In this document: positions 10,364-19,714 of the stretch, piece after piece
How the letters are laid out: each line of letters begins with the position of its first letter
How positions within the stretch are numbered: position 1 is the first letter of the stretch
Source: a phage
DNA length: 64,000 nt
Reading direction: 5' to 3' (one strand)
Sequence record: PZ534511.1
The notes under the pieces: generated by a model
What the model saw: the letters and a program-made list of their open reading frames with translations, nothing else
What the model was told of the DNA's origin: nothing
Database searches by the model: none
Made by a program: the position numbers and the translations under genes

Positions 10364-10480
10364 ATGTCTACAGGTATTTATAAAATTTGCAAGTGTGGTT
10401 GTCGTTGCAACCTTCGTTGGTGCAAGGCACTGGACGATTTTATTTGGCATTGCCCTAAATGTGATGCGGAGTATCTATGA
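10364..10480 (+). CDS. 38-aa Cys-rich zinc-ribbon micro-protein (below ORF-track size cut-off)
   Basis: AGGAGG RBS 7 nt upstream; CKCGCRC...CPKC; stop overlaps nrdG start (ATGA). Confidence 0.45.
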   Translation: MSTGIYKICKCGCRCNLRWCKALDDFIWHCPKCDAEYL

Positions 10481-10950
10481 ACATTGCCGGATACACAGAA
10501 ATATCTTACACCGAAGGGCCAGGTATTAGAACTGCCTTGTGGGTATCTGGGTGCCCACACGCTTGCCCTGGTTGCTTTAATCAGGCATTTTGGTCAAAAG
10601 ATAAGGGGAGGAAGTTCACTGAAGAAGACTTGCAAAAAATCTTGTCAGATTTAGATAACCCGTCTGTGTGCGGTATCTCTCTACTGGGTGGAGAACCCTT
10701 AGCATACTATAATGAGCCAGATATTATTAGCCTGATGGAGAAAATTAAGGAAAAATTTGGTGACAAGAAAACTATTCTTGTATATACTGGGTTCACATTT
10801 GACCATATCTCTAGTGATGTTCTTAAACTGGCTGATATCATCATTGACGGTAAGTATGTAAAAGATTTACCAACCAAGAAACCGTTCCGAGGCAGTGATA
10901 ACCAAAGAATGTTTAAAAAAGTATCAGACGGTTGGGTTCAGGTAGACTAG
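10477..10950 (+). CDS. nrdG: anaerobic RNR activating protein (radical SAM)
   Basis: CPHACPGC radical-SAM cysteine motif; directly downstream of nrdD. Confidence 0.85.
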   Translation: MNIAGYTEISYTEGPGIRTALWVSGCPHACPGCFNQAFWSKDKGRKFTEEDLQKILSDLDNPSVCGISLLGGEPLAYYNEPDIISLMEKIKEKFGDKKTILVYTGFTFDHISSDVLKLADIIIDGKYVKDLPTKKPFRGSDNQRMFKKVSDGWVQVD

Positions 10951-10953
10951 TTG

Positions 10954-10983
10954 TTGACAAAGCTTTGTTGAGTTGGTTATAAT
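10954..10983 (+). promoter_or_regulatory. sigma70-like promoter (TTGACA-18-TATAAT)
   Basis: consensus -35 and -10 hexamers. Confidence 0.6.
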
Positions 10984-11012
10984 TGCCGTAATGAAAGCAG
11001 AGGAGGTGCCAA

Positions 11013-11126
11013 ATGGCTAAAAAAGCCTTGAAGAAGGCGTACAAGAAAGAGATTGCGCTTGAGCTTAAGAAAAAACACAAGCGTGAAAAGAAACATCATG
11101 AAGATGAAGAGGGGGTGCAACAGTGA
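11013..11126 (+). CDS. 37-aa lysine-rich micro-protein (below ORF-track cut-off)
   Basis: AGGAGGT RBS; MAKKALKKAYKK...; stop overlaps next GTG start. Confidence 0.4.
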   Translation: MAKKALKKAYKKEIALELKKKHKREKKHHEDEEGVQQ

Positions 11127-11473
11127 CACAAGAACGTATCGATTTGGCTAATAAGTTTGTAGATCTCATTTTGCCACGGTTAGTTACTCAACATGCAGAC
11201 GCTATTTCCACTAATCTTGATGGCTTACGCCTAATGCTGAATCGCACAGATGACCCTCGTATTCGGGCTGATTTAGAAGCCTCTGCCAACAAACTGGAAA
11301 AGTTTTTGCAAGTAGACACGCAAGAAGCCTTGCACAAGATTATGGTAGAGGGTCTCTCTAAAGAATTTACCATTAAAGAGCTTAAGGAGCTGATCCACCA
11401 AGAAGAGATGAATATCCGAGTTCAGGCTGTTGCAAGCAGTATGGAAGCGGCTATCGAAAAACTGTTGCAGTAA
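11123..11473 (+). CDS. hypothetical protein
   Basis: ORF, GTG start coupled to upstream micro-ORF. Confidence 0.45.
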   Translation: MTQERIDLANKFVDLILPRLVTQHADAISTNLDGLRLMLNRTDDPRIRADLEASANKLEKFLQVDTQEALHKIMVEGLSKEFTIKELKELIHQEEMNIRVQAVASSMEAAIEKLLQ

Positions 11474-11511
11474 AAGTTCCAGACACATCTCAATCTGAAA
11501 GGAGTCCCAAC

Positions 11512-12306
11512 ATGGGTCGAGCTAAAGAAACAAAACGCATGCGTGATGAAGCTAAAGAGGCTCGCAAATCTGATCGCCTGCGTAAAGCTGCTGAGAAATT
11601 TGCTGACGAAAGAGAGCACACCGCTCCAGCTCTCCGACCGATGAATAAAAAACAAGAGTATTATCTCCACCTTCTTAAAACTAAACAGTTAGTGATCGCA
11701 ACAGGGCTGTTTGGCACAGGCAAGTCGTTTATGGCTGCAGCTTATGCTGCAGACCTGCTTCGTAAGAACGAGATTGATAGAATTATTGTTTGCCGCCCAA
11801 ATGTTGAATGCGGAAGCCATGGCACGGGGTTCAAACCTGGAGGTGTACTACAGAAAAACGAACCTTTCTTAAAATCAATTTTAGAAACTCTCAAAAAACG
11901 ACTCGGACCTGGTGCTTATAGTACGTTATTGGGAGACGGTCAGACTGGGCGCATCGAGGTGCAAGAGGTTGCAACAATCCGAGGTCGAGATTTCTCTGAT
12001 CGTTGCATCCTCCTAGTTGATGAGTTTCAGTTGACAACCTGTGCAGAGGCTTTGGCAATTGCCACACGGCTTGGTGAGCATGCACAAATGATTTGCATGG
12101 GAGACTTACGACAGAACGATCTCAAAGGCACCTCAGGACTTCAGTGGCTGATCGACTTCGTGACGAGGCACGAAATCAACGGTGTTGGTATCGTAGATTT
12201 TGACGAGCCAGGAGATGTGGTTCGCTCAGGTATTGGTAGACTGTTTGCACTAGGCCTTATGACTGACCGTAATAAAGGTGTGTGGACCCCTGAGGCAGGT
12301 TTATAA
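11512..12306 (+). CDS. phoH: PhoH-like ATPase
   Basis: Walker A GLFGTGKS and PhoH-like IVCRPNVECG. Confidence 0.75.
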   Translation: MGRAKETKRMRDEAKEARKSDRLRKAAEKFADEREHTAPALRPMNKKQEYYLHLLKTKQLVIATGLFGTGKSFMAAAYAADLLRKNEIDRIIVCRPNVECGSHGTGFKPGGVLQKNEPFLKSILETLKKRLGPGAYSTLLGDGQTGRIEVQEVATIRGRDFSDRCILLVDEFQLTTCAEALAIATRLGEHAQMICMGDLRQNDLKGTSGLQWLIDFVTRHEINGVGIVDFDEPGDVVRSGIGRLFALGLMTDRNKGVWTPEAGL

Positions 12307-12347
12307 TATATAGGAGAGAGGGTGATATTATTCACCCTCTATTTAAG

Positions 12348-13277
12348 ATGCGTTTAGGAGAACAGTTACCACGAGAAGAAGTGTTTATCAAGAAAGCTAC
12401 TGATAAGCATGGTGACAAGTATAATTACTCCAAAGTTGTATACAAAAACAACACAACACCTGTGAATATAGTGTGCAACAAGTGTGGTACAGTTTTTAGT
12501 AAAACTCCTAAGTCTCACCTTATAGGCGCAGGATGCCCAGATTGTAAGAACAGGGAGTTAAGTGAGAGATTCCGAATGTCCAAGGAGGAGTTTGTAAAAA
12601 GGGCAACAGAACTGCACAAGGGAAAGTATGACTACTCTCTTGTAAAAAGTTTTTCTAACAGGAACGACACTGTTACTATTATTTGCCCCATCCACGGAGA
12701 GTTCAAGCAGACAGTTGCAAATCATTTAGCTGGTGGGTGCTACAAGTGTGGAAAAAGAGCGACAGCTAAAAAGATGAGGAAGTCTAAAGATAGATTCATA
12801 GAGGATGCTACTCAACTACACGGAGACATATATGACTATTCAGAAGTGGAGTATGTGAATACCCACACTCCTGTAACCATTATCTGCAAGTCTTGCGGGT
12901 GTAAGTTTCTTCAACAGCCTGCAAACCACCTGTGCGGTAACGGTTGCCCAGAATGCTCTACTTCAGGATTCAGGCAGAGTACTAAAGAGAGCTGTCTGTA
13001 CCTTCTTGTTGATAATCTTACCATTCCCACGGTTATAAAAGTTGGGGTGACTATCAATCTACAAAGCAGACTATACAACATAAGAAGGAACACAAATTTT
13101 CCTGTTCACGTGCTTAAAGTATTTACTTTCGAACAGGGGTGTGCTACCATGCAGCTTGAAAAATTGGTGCATAAAGTATTTGCAGATCGCAACTGCCACT
13201 TCGAAGGTTTCGACGGGGCAACGGAGTGGTTCTGGTACTCTCATGATATTGTAGAGTTTCTAGAAGACAATTGTTGA
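12348..13277 (+). CDS. protein with three tandem zinc-finger-like repeats and C-terminal T5orf172/GIY-YIG-like domain
   Basis: three ~45 aa repeats (K.GDKY.YS.V.Y...C..CG...H..G.GCP.C) then LYLL..IKVG.T...RL...R......EWF-type domain. Confidence 0.5.
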   Translation: MRLGEQLPREEVFIKKATDKHGDKYNYSKVVYKNNTTPVNIVCNKCGTVFSKTPKSHLIGAGCPDCKNRELSERFRMSKEEFVKRATELHKGKYDYSLVKSFSNRNDTVTIICPIHGEFKQTVANHLAGGCYKCGKRATAKKMRKSKDRFIEDATQLHGDIYDYSEVEYVNTHTPVTIICKSCGCKFLQQPANHLCGNGCPECSTSGFRQSTKESCLYLLVDNLTIPTVIKVGVTINLQSRLYNIRRNTNFPVHVLKVFTFEQGCATMQLEKLVHKVFADRNCHFEGFDGATEWFWYSHDIVEFLEDNC

Positions 13278-13302
13278 CAAACAGATAAGCTTTATGTATT
13301 AT
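13274..13302 (+). promoter_or_regulatory. sigma70-like promoter (TTGACA-17-TATTAT)
   Basis: -35/-10 hexamers; overlaps upstream stop codon. Confidence 0.5.
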
Positions 13303-13332
13303 TACCGGGCAAGACAAGGAGAAGGAGATAGT

Positions 13333-13644
13333 ATGGCTACAATACAAGAGAAACTGAATAAAATATACTGCCTGTTTGTCTATAACGGCGAGACAATTTT
13401 GGCAAATAAAGGATCCAAGAATGTGTGGACCAAGGACAGTGGTGGTAATATAATCAACTTAGCGTTGCTACGTGAGCGCCGACACAGATTCTTTATCGAG
13501 TCTCGAATTATTGAAAGCAGCACCTGCTACAGAACAGGCGATAAAGTAATTGTTGACAATGATACGTGGTATGTGGTAGACTGGCAATCATTGAGCTGTG
13601 ATGCTTCTGACAATCGTAAGTATTCCATAGTGATTGCTAAATAA
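13333..13644 (+). CDS. hypothetical protein
   Basis: ATG with AAGGAG RBS; the 13294 ATG lies inside the promoter. Confidence 0.45.
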   Translation: MATIQEKLNKIYCLFVYNGETILANKGSKNVWTKDSGGNIINLALLRERRHRFFIESRIIESSTCYRTGDKVIVDNDTWYVVDWQSLSCDASDNRKYSIVIAK

Positions 13645-13704
13645 AGGTAAATGTAAATCAGGTTTAAATAAATAGCTTTCAACTTCCAATATTAAGGATT
13701 TCTC

Positions 13705-14754
13705 ATGAATTTAACACCTCGCAGCACCATGGTACACGGCATGAAAGAAAAACAGAACAGTTTCGAACCTATGAGTAATAAAATGTTTGGTATGCCGGGT
13801 GGTATTATGGAAACATACAGCTACCCAACACCTGTTGTTGACCACGTTCTTTATATCGACGATTTGGAAGACCTGCAGGATCATATGTCTCGTCTGCAGA
13901 CGATCCGTATGGCTCAGCCGGAAGAAAGCATTCGGGTGATCATCAATAGCCCTGGGGGGTGCGTGCACATTGCAATGGCTTATCTACAGGCATTCCGCGA
14001 GTCTCAGGCAAGCGTTGTTGCACATGCTGAAGGGATGTGCTGCTCTGCGGGAACAATCTTATGGCTGGGTTGCAAAGAACGCACTGTGGCTCCGGACACA
14101 GAATTTATGTTCCACTACTATCAAGGTGGCACTTATGGTAACGGTGTGAACATGAATACTCAGGTCAGCTACTGGAAAAAACGTTTTGAACGCCTGATTG
14201 AAAAATACTACGGTGGAGTGCTGACAGAAGATGAGATCGCATCCATCACAGCTGGTGGCGAAGTGTGGTTGGACGGAGAAGAGCTGGCAGCACGTACTGG
14301 AGCTATTATTCTGGATGAAGGCAACATACAACGCATCCAGAACGGACAAAAACCTAAAAAGCTTCTGGCAAAAGGTGATGAAGAAGGCGTGTTAGGTGAA
14401 GCAGGTCTTCCGGAGATTCATCAGTGCACATCTTTAGATGAGTTAGTTCATGCTGTTGAATCTGCAAAAGCGGGTGGTTCGAAAGGTGATGTTCACACTG
14501 TGTTCCTGAATCTGCAGATGGAAAGTGGCGAGACCGTCCGAATTGCCCTGGGTGAGATTACTTCAGAAGATCTGCAGAGATTCTCTGTCGTTGAACTTCA
14601 GGATATTCTGTCTCAATTGAAGACTACTCTGAACGGCGGTGAAGAGGTTAAGGTGAAAGATAAGACTCGCAAGCGTCTTGTGGACAATATTATTAAAACA
14701 GCAAAAGAGCTCAATGAAAAAATCCTGGGTGCAGGAATTGTCGAAGAAGCTTAA
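13705..14754 (+). CDS. ClpP-like serine protease (S14 family) with acidic C-terminal extension
   Basis: IINSPGG, GMCCSAGTIL (Ser), FHYYQGG (His) in ClpP-like order. Confidence 0.65.
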   Translation: MNLTPRSTMVHGMKEKQNSFEPMSNKMFGMPGGIMETYSYPTPVVDHVLYIDDLEDLQDHMSRLQTIRMAQPEESIRVIINSPGGCVHIAMAYLQAFRESQASVVAHAEGMCCSAGTILWLGCKERTVAPDTEFMFHYYQGGTYGNGVNMNTQVSYWKKRFERLIEKYYGGVLTEDEIASITAGGEVWLDGEELAARTGAIILDEGNIQRIQNGQKPKKLLAKGDEEGVLGEAGLPEIHQCTSLDELVHAVESAKAGGSKGDVHTVFLNLQMESGETVRIALGEITSEDLQRFSVVELQDILSQLKTTLNGGEEVKVKDKTRKRLVDNIIKTAKELNEKILGAGIVEEA

Positions 14755-14765
14755 ACATTAATTCT

Positions 14766-14790
14766 AAAGCCCTCTTCGGAGGGCTTTTAT
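14766..14790 (+). terminator. rho-independent terminator
   Basis: AAGCCCTC-UUCG-GAGGGCUU hairpin followed by UUUAU. Confidence 0.7.
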
Positions 14791-14805
14791 GATCTGGAGA
14801 TTTGC

Positions 14806-15339
14806 ATGACTTGTGCTAGAAAACCTGATGAACAACGTAACGCCTACGATGAGTATGTGACACCGGAGTGGTGTGCAGAAGGGCTGTATGACCTCATTCC
14901 GTTCCCAGAAGATTGGGCCTATTTGGAGCCTTGCAGAAATAGCGCCTCAGGCGTGTTCTACTCCCGTATGCCGTTAGGATCTGCATGGGGAGAAATCCAA
15001 GAAGGTGTTGACTATCTGAATACAGAATACAACCATGTTGACTGTATTATCACCAACCCACCATACAGCCTGGCTCGTGAGTTTGTAGACAAGGCGTTGA
15101 AAGATGCTGACGTAGTTATTATGCTTTTGCGTCTTAATTTTCTGGAAAGCAAAGCCAGATTTGAATGGTGGCTTGATAATGCACCTACCACTGTGATCAC
15201 AATATCTAAGCGTCCGTCATTCCAATCCAACGGTAGAACGGATGGGCAGGCATATGCCTATTTTGTATGGGACAAGAAAAACCGTCTAGACTTGCCGCCA
15301 TTTATGTGGTTGGCACCACCAGAGGTAGACTTGAAATGA
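14806..15339 (+). CDS. phage Dam-like N6-adenine DNA methyltransferase
   Basis: DEYVTPEW N-terminal motif and ITNPPY catalytic motif. Confidence 0.7.
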   Translation: MTCARKPDEQRNAYDEYVTPEWCAEGLYDLIPFPEDWAYLEPCRNSASGVFYSRMPLGSAWGEIQEGVDYLNTEYNHVDCIITNPPYSLAREFVDKALKDADVVIMLLRLNFLESKARFEWWLDNAPTTVITISKRPSFQSNGRTDGQAYAYFVWDKKNRLDLPPFMWLAPPEVDLK

Positions 15340-15620
15340 AAATGAGTGCTAAGGACAAGTTGCACCAGTTGGCGCTAAAACGTCCTGTAACGCTCCCTGA
15401 CGAGCTTAACTCCATTTATGATGCGATTGTAGGGGAGATACAAAATAAAGCGTTAGCAGGCTTTCTGGGATGCGGATTTTCGATAAATCTACCCTCGCAT
15501 CTCTCAGATTACTTCCCGCATATTGTTGGGGATTTGAGGGCAGGAGGTCTGCAGGTAGATGTTGTTGGCATCTCTCCAGAGAAAAATAACACGGTTGCCT
15601 ACTTGACAGTAACTTGGTAG
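15336..15620 (+). CDS. hypothetical protein
   Basis: start set at ATG overlapping MTase stop. Confidence 0.4.
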   Translation: MKMSAKDKLHQLALKRPVTLPDELNSIYDAIVGEIQNKALAGFLGCGFSINLPSHLSDYFPHIVGDLRAGGLQVDVVGISPEKNNTVAYLTVTW

Positions 15621-15654
15621 TTGTGTATTGTTGTTATCAACAAGGGGGTCATTT

Positions 15655-15894
15655 ATGTACAAGTCATTTTCAATTTACTCAAGACAGGCGAAACACTACA
15701 CAGAGATTCTGATCACTCAGAAAAAATCTGTAGAAGGTGAGTGGGAATATCATCATAAAATGTTGCGTCCAGACTGGGTTTTTGATAGGCTTATTGCTAT
15801 GATCCCTCTTGGAGAAGTATACCCTCTGACAGGTCATAGGGATGCTTGGGATTTAATTGATTACATAGATTCATTTAAGGAGCCTAGTGTATGA
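15655..15894 (+). CDS. hypothetical protein
   Basis: ATG with AAGGGGG RBS. Confidence 0.4.
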   Translation: MYKSFSIYSRQAKHYTEILITQKKSVEGEWEYHHKMLRPDWVFDRLIAMIPLGEVYPLTGHRDAWDLIDYIDSFKEPSV

Positions 15895-16289
15895 AGATTG
15901 AGATCACTAAAGAAGGTAAGAAAGTGTCTGGCGATTATGCAACAGTAATTCGGGATGTAATGTTTGAAGTAACCCAGACTGGTACTTCTAAGGTTGGTCA
16001 AACGGTAAGTGTGCAAGGTAATATTGCCGCAGGTGAAAAGATAATCATCGTGATCAAAGGACAAGACCCTGTGGAAGGAACAGTGGGCCGAGGAGGCTAC
16101 CTGTGCATTTCTGAAGAACCGCGTATGCTGGTTGCTGATAACTTCACAGGTAAAAAGCGGGTATGTAACACGGACGAGGTGATGATTATCTATCCAGTCA
16201 ACCAAGATGATCCGGCAACATGGATTGTGGGAAATGAAATCTTCTCTTTAGAAGAGTTATCCTTCCCAGCTCCGCGCTCTGTTCAGTAA
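15891..16289 (+). CDS. hypothetical protein
   Basis: ORF with AAGGAG RBS. Confidence 0.45.
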   Translation: MKIEITKEGKKVSGDYATVIRDVMFEVTQTGTSKVGQTVSVQGNIAAGEKIIIVIKGQDPVEGTVGRGGYLCISEEPRMLVADNFTGKKRVCNTDEVMIIYPVNQDDPATWIVGNEIFSLEELSFPAPRSVQ

Positions 16290-16328
16290 TAATTTATCTT
16301 ACCAGGGACGGTAGAAGTAGGAGGTAGC

Positions 16329-16562
16329 ATGAAAGTTAAATTTCTTACAGATTTAGGATACCCTTCCTTGGTTGACTGCATCGGTAAAATTGTGGAAGCA
16401 AAACGGCTATCTGCAAACGATAATGTTGTCATGGTTAAGGGAAAAGATTTATTAGCTGCAGGTGCAGAGTCTGGCAGGATCTCTCCTGACTATACGTATT
16501 ACCTGTCTTTAAGCAATCTACCAGAACGAGGCGGCAAAGGCCTTGAAGTTGTGGAGGAGTGA
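16329..16562 (+). CDS. small protein, member of MKVK...VEIVEE paralog family
   Basis: MKVKFL...G.DLLAAGA...GLEVVEE resembles ORFs at 19993-24375. Confidence 0.5.
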   Translation: MKVKFLTDLGYPSLVDCIGKIVEAKRLSANDNVVMVKGKDLLAAGAESGRISPDYTYYLSLSNLPERGGKGLEVVEE

Positions 16563-16567
16563 CAGGT

Positions 16568-17092
16568 ATGCTTCTGATTAACTGGGAAGACCTCTATGGG
16601 GACAAAGACCCTGTTGCGTTTGTTGGTCGTAGGTGGAGGTACACTGAAGAACAACTGGCTGCAAAAAATTTAACTGCAAAACGCAGAAAGATTATCCAAT
16701 GCAAGTACAAATACGCACAGTTTGCTGCAAAAGTGTCTCCACAAATCGAGAGCTTTGTACTTAAATTGTATGACGAGTATCTCAAATTCAAATTGGATTT
16801 TGTGCAGGTATACCGTGCACAGGTACGTCCAGATACCAGCATTTGTAGATGGAAGGTTGTTTGTGACGGTAAAGATTTGCCACTCAGCTTGACAATTGAG
16901 CAGCGTTGGGGGTATCATGAGTGTGGTCTGTATGAGACTTGGGATGTCATTGTAGATCCTGCTAAGTACCTGAACACAGAGGAGCTGGAATATATCAATA
17001 AGGTTATTCTAGATATGTTTTTCAACTACACCCGTGAAAACTCCGAGAAAGAACGAGATAATTTTCTTGACACCATCAGCAACCATCTGTAG
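16568..17092 (+). CDS. hypothetical protein
   Basis: ORF; ATG with GGAGGAG RBS. Confidence 0.45.
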   Translation: MLLINWEDLYGDKDPVAFVGRRWRYTEEQLAAKNLTAKRRKIIQCKYKYAQFAAKVSPQIESFVLKLYDEYLKFKLDFVQVYRAQVRPDTSICRWKVVCDGKDLPLSLTIEQRWGYHECGLYETWDVIVDPAKYLNTEELEYINKVILDMFFNYTRENSEKERDNFLDTISNHL

Positions 17093-17122
17093 TATATAAT
17101 TTAACCTACAAAGGGAGGGCTA

Positions 17123-17359
17123 ATGAGTATAAATGTTGTGCTAATAGGTTACCTGGTAATAGCCGCTATAACAGCGGTATTCTTGACAGGTGTATGCATC
17201 GTGTCCAGACGAAGGGTGAAGTTTGATGATTTTATCACCATCATCACTGCTGCACCTTTTTGGCCTGTTGTTATCTTCATCGTGATAATGTGCCTGGTTG
17301 ATTACTACAAGAATATCCGTAAGGAGAAAAAGGAGGGTAGGGATGGAGACCGCACCTAA
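17123..17359 (+). CDS. small membrane protein (2 predicted TM)
   Basis: two hydrophobic stretches. Confidence 0.45.
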   Translation: MSINVVLIGYLVIAAITAVFLTGVCIVSRRRVKFDDFITIITAAPFWPVVIFIVIMCLVDYYKNIRKEKKEGRDGDRT

Positions 17360-17578
17360 AACTGTTTATACTGTTCTTAAAGAGATTGCGTTCTACGCAG
17401 ATCTTAGCCAGGCACCTTTATGGGAAAAGAGCATGTATTTAAAATGGTGCGTTAATTTAGGGAGACCTTCCAGTGTTTCAAGCCATGTTTATTGAGATGC
17501 TATCTGGGGTATTGTTACTGGTAGCCATCTTAGGTGGTGCAGTTCTGATGTATAACTATCTTGAAAAAGGAGACAGCA

Positions 17579-17764
17579 ATGGCAAAAAATAAATCTTTAG
17601 AGCAGGCTGAAAACCTTCTCCACGAGCTAGTAAAGGAGTGGAAAGTTGAATACTCAGATTTTAATGCACGAGAGGGTGAAGATTATTGGCCTACGGAGCG
17701 CTCAGAGGGCGAATGGTATCAAGATTTTATAGAGTGGTTATATCAGACGTGCGATGAGGGGTGA
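17579..17764 (+). CDS. hypothetical protein
   Basis: ATG with GGAG RBS inside track ORF 17561-17764. Confidence 0.35.
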   Translation: MAKNKSLEQAENLLHELVKEWKVEYSDFNAREGEDYWPTERSEGEWYQDFIEWLYQTCDEG

Positions 17765-18231
17765 CGATGTTTGTTAAATATGTAAAAACGTGCCTCAACA
17801 GTCTTGGCAGAGAGCATTGGTACACTTTGCTTGAAAAAGGGGAAATTTTAACAAAATCTGGAAAGATAACTTTGATACCTCTTGATAGTAAAGGTAAAGA
17901 CCCGTCACGACTTGTTATAGATGATTACGTTACAGGTGTGACGTTCGAGGTCTCTGTGGAGAGGTTAATACGCAGAGCTGGCGGCCCTTATGACCGAAGA
18001 GAGTATGTTTTCGATTCCGTTACAGAGATGGGGGAGCATCCGTCTTTAATGTTCAGGATGGTAATCAGAGATATGAGGTCATCTATAGATAGGATCGTAA
18101 AGGACATTAAGGAACCTTTTAGAGTAAAAGTTAAGAAGTTTTTCGATTCTAAGATTAACATACTTGCCGTTGCACTAGGTGTAGTTCAACTTCTGTTAAT
18201 TTTGCACTATTTTGAACTACTATTTAAGTAG
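17761..18231 (+). CDS. hypothetical protein with C-terminal TM helix
   Basis: ORF; hydrophobic C-terminus. Confidence 0.45.
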   Translation: MTMFVKYVKTCLNSLGREHWYTLLEKGEILTKSGKITLIPLDSKGKDPSRLVIDDYVTGVTFEVSVERLIRRAGGPYDRREYVFDSVTEMGEHPSLMFRMVIRDMRSSIDRIVKDIKEPFRVKVKKFFDSKINILAVALGVVQLLLILHYFELLFK

Positions 18232-18293
18232 TAGTTGAGATATGGCACAAAGGATGTGCCATAGTGAAATAAACTAAGAAAGAGGTAGAGAGA

Positions 18294-18641
18294 ATGCCAA
18301 AGATTAAAACGTTATTACTGTGGGTAGCTGTTTTAGCTTTTATAGGGTACTGGACTTGGGAAACTGAATTAAAAGATATCGGATATACCAGTCTTGAGAG
18401 CAAGGCGTGCATTGGCATAACCGATGCGTTCAGGCAAAATGCTATGGATCACGAATGTGTTGATGCAGATATAGATGAGAAACTGTCTAAGGACAAAGAT
18501 TTTTACCATGGGCATGCTTTACTTGATAGTGGTGACACTGTAGAGTTCTGGTCGTGGTTTCGTGAAGATGGAACAATAAAAACAGCAGTAAAGATCTCTA
18601 ACAAAGAGTTAATGCTGTTGCAGCAAAAGGAGGCTCAATGA
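18294..18641 (+). CDS. hypothetical protein with N-terminal TM/signal segment
   Basis: MPKIKTLLLWVAVLAFIGYW hydrophobic N-terminus. Confidence 0.45.
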   Translation: MPKIKTLLLWVAVLAFIGYWTWETELKDIGYTSLESKACIGITDAFRQNAMDHECVDADIDEKLSKDKDFYHGHALLDSGDTVEFWSWFREDGTIKTAVKISNKELMLLQQKEAQ

Positions 18642-18925
18642 TCTGGATATCCTATGCTGATGGCACCATGCTGTATACTGCAGGTACCAGATATGAAGTT
18701 CAGGAGAACGATAAAAAATTTATCGTAAAAACATTTGACAAGGACGACAACCTTTTGCTAGAATTGACTTACAAAGTTGGAGAGGTATCCAATATCCAGT
18801 TGGATTGTGGTCATAAAGATAATCCACTCAAAAAACCTGGAGTAGGTAAGGCTTCAGAAGAACGTCTGTCTCGTATTGCAGAAAGCGTTTCTCCCCAAAA
18901 ATCTAAGAAGAGGACTAGAAAATGA
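18638..18925 (+). CDS. hypothetical protein
   Basis: ORF overlapping neighbours by 4 nt. Confidence 0.45.
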   Translation: MIWISYADGTMLYTAGTRYEVQENDKKFIVKTFDKDDNLLLELTYKVGEVSNIQLDCGHKDNPLKKPGVGKASEERLSRIAESVSPQKSKKRTRK

Positions 18926-19116
18926 AAAACTTACGTTTTAACACTTATTACTACAACACATTGAATGATTTGTATTATATTGTTCGAAGTAAAAGTCCTG
19001 AAACAGTCCTATTCTGCCGCGAACCTTTCAAAGGGGAGGAAGTAGAGTCTGAGATGAATGTTAGCCAGATCACCTCTTTGTTGCTCTCAGGCGCAATGGA
19101 AGAAGCAATATTCTAA
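18922..19116 (+). CDS. hypothetical protein
   Basis: ORF. Confidence 0.4.
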   Translation: MKNLRFNTYYYNTLNDLYYIVRSKSPETVLFCREPFKGEEVESEMNVSQITSLLLSGAMEEAIF

Positions 19117-19134
19117 ACCAGGCGGGAGGGTTTT

Positions 19135-19320
19135 ATGAAGCACTATTGCCTGTCTGGTAGAATGGGTGCAGATTGTGATTGGGTTTTCTTAAAACTTGTC
19201 AGCATTCGAGAGTTCATCCCAGAGGAAGAGCAAGAAAGCGAGCTGATGTCATGGATCAACCATTACGGTAACACTTTTCGGCATGTTAAGGTAGAAGAGT
19301 TGCCAAGCGAGGCTGATTGA
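19135..19320 (+). CDS. hypothetical protein
   Basis: ORF with GGGAGGG RBS. Confidence 0.4.
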   Translation: MKHYCLSGRMGADCDWVFLKLVSIREFIPEEEQESELMSWINHYGNTFRHVKVEELPSEAD

Positions 19321-19322
19321 CT

Positions 19323-19412
19323 ATGATTGCATCAATATTAACGTTTATGGGTGGCGTGGCATTCGGATTCATTGTTTGCCTGTTTATAGTGATTATGTCT
19401 ATGCGAGGCTGA
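19323..19412 (+). CDS. 29-aa hydrophobic micro-protein (below ORF-track cut-off)
   Basis: single TM-like stretch filling gap between genes. Confidence 0.3.
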   Translation: MIASILTFMGGVAFGFIVCLFIVIMSMRG

Positions 19413-19415
19413 ATT

Positions 19416-19712
19416 ATGAAACTTTTTGAGTGGTTTAAAAAGTTTAAATATAAAGCTGTAGCCATCGTGCCGTGGTCCATTCAGTGGGTTGATGAATGTG
19501 GTCTACCAATACCTGGTGACAAAGATACTGGGTACTGGATTATGATGGAGAACGGGTTTGGAAAGAGAAAGTATACGTGCACAAACTCTACTCGATCTGC
19601 ACTTAATAGAGTGCCTGGTTACAAACTTATGGTTGTGTGGAAAATGTCAGGCGTTCCTCCAGCCAATGCTCAATTTCTTACTGACAATCCAACCACGGTG
19701 GAGGGAGATTGA
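19416..19712 (+). CDS. hypothetical protein
   Basis: ORF. Confidence 0.45.
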   Translation: MKLFEWFKKFKYKAVAIVPWSIQWVDECGLPIPGDKDTGYWIMMENGFGKRKYTCTNSTRSALNRVPGYKLMVVWKMSGVPPANAQFLTDNPTTVEGD

Positions 19713-19714
19713 TA

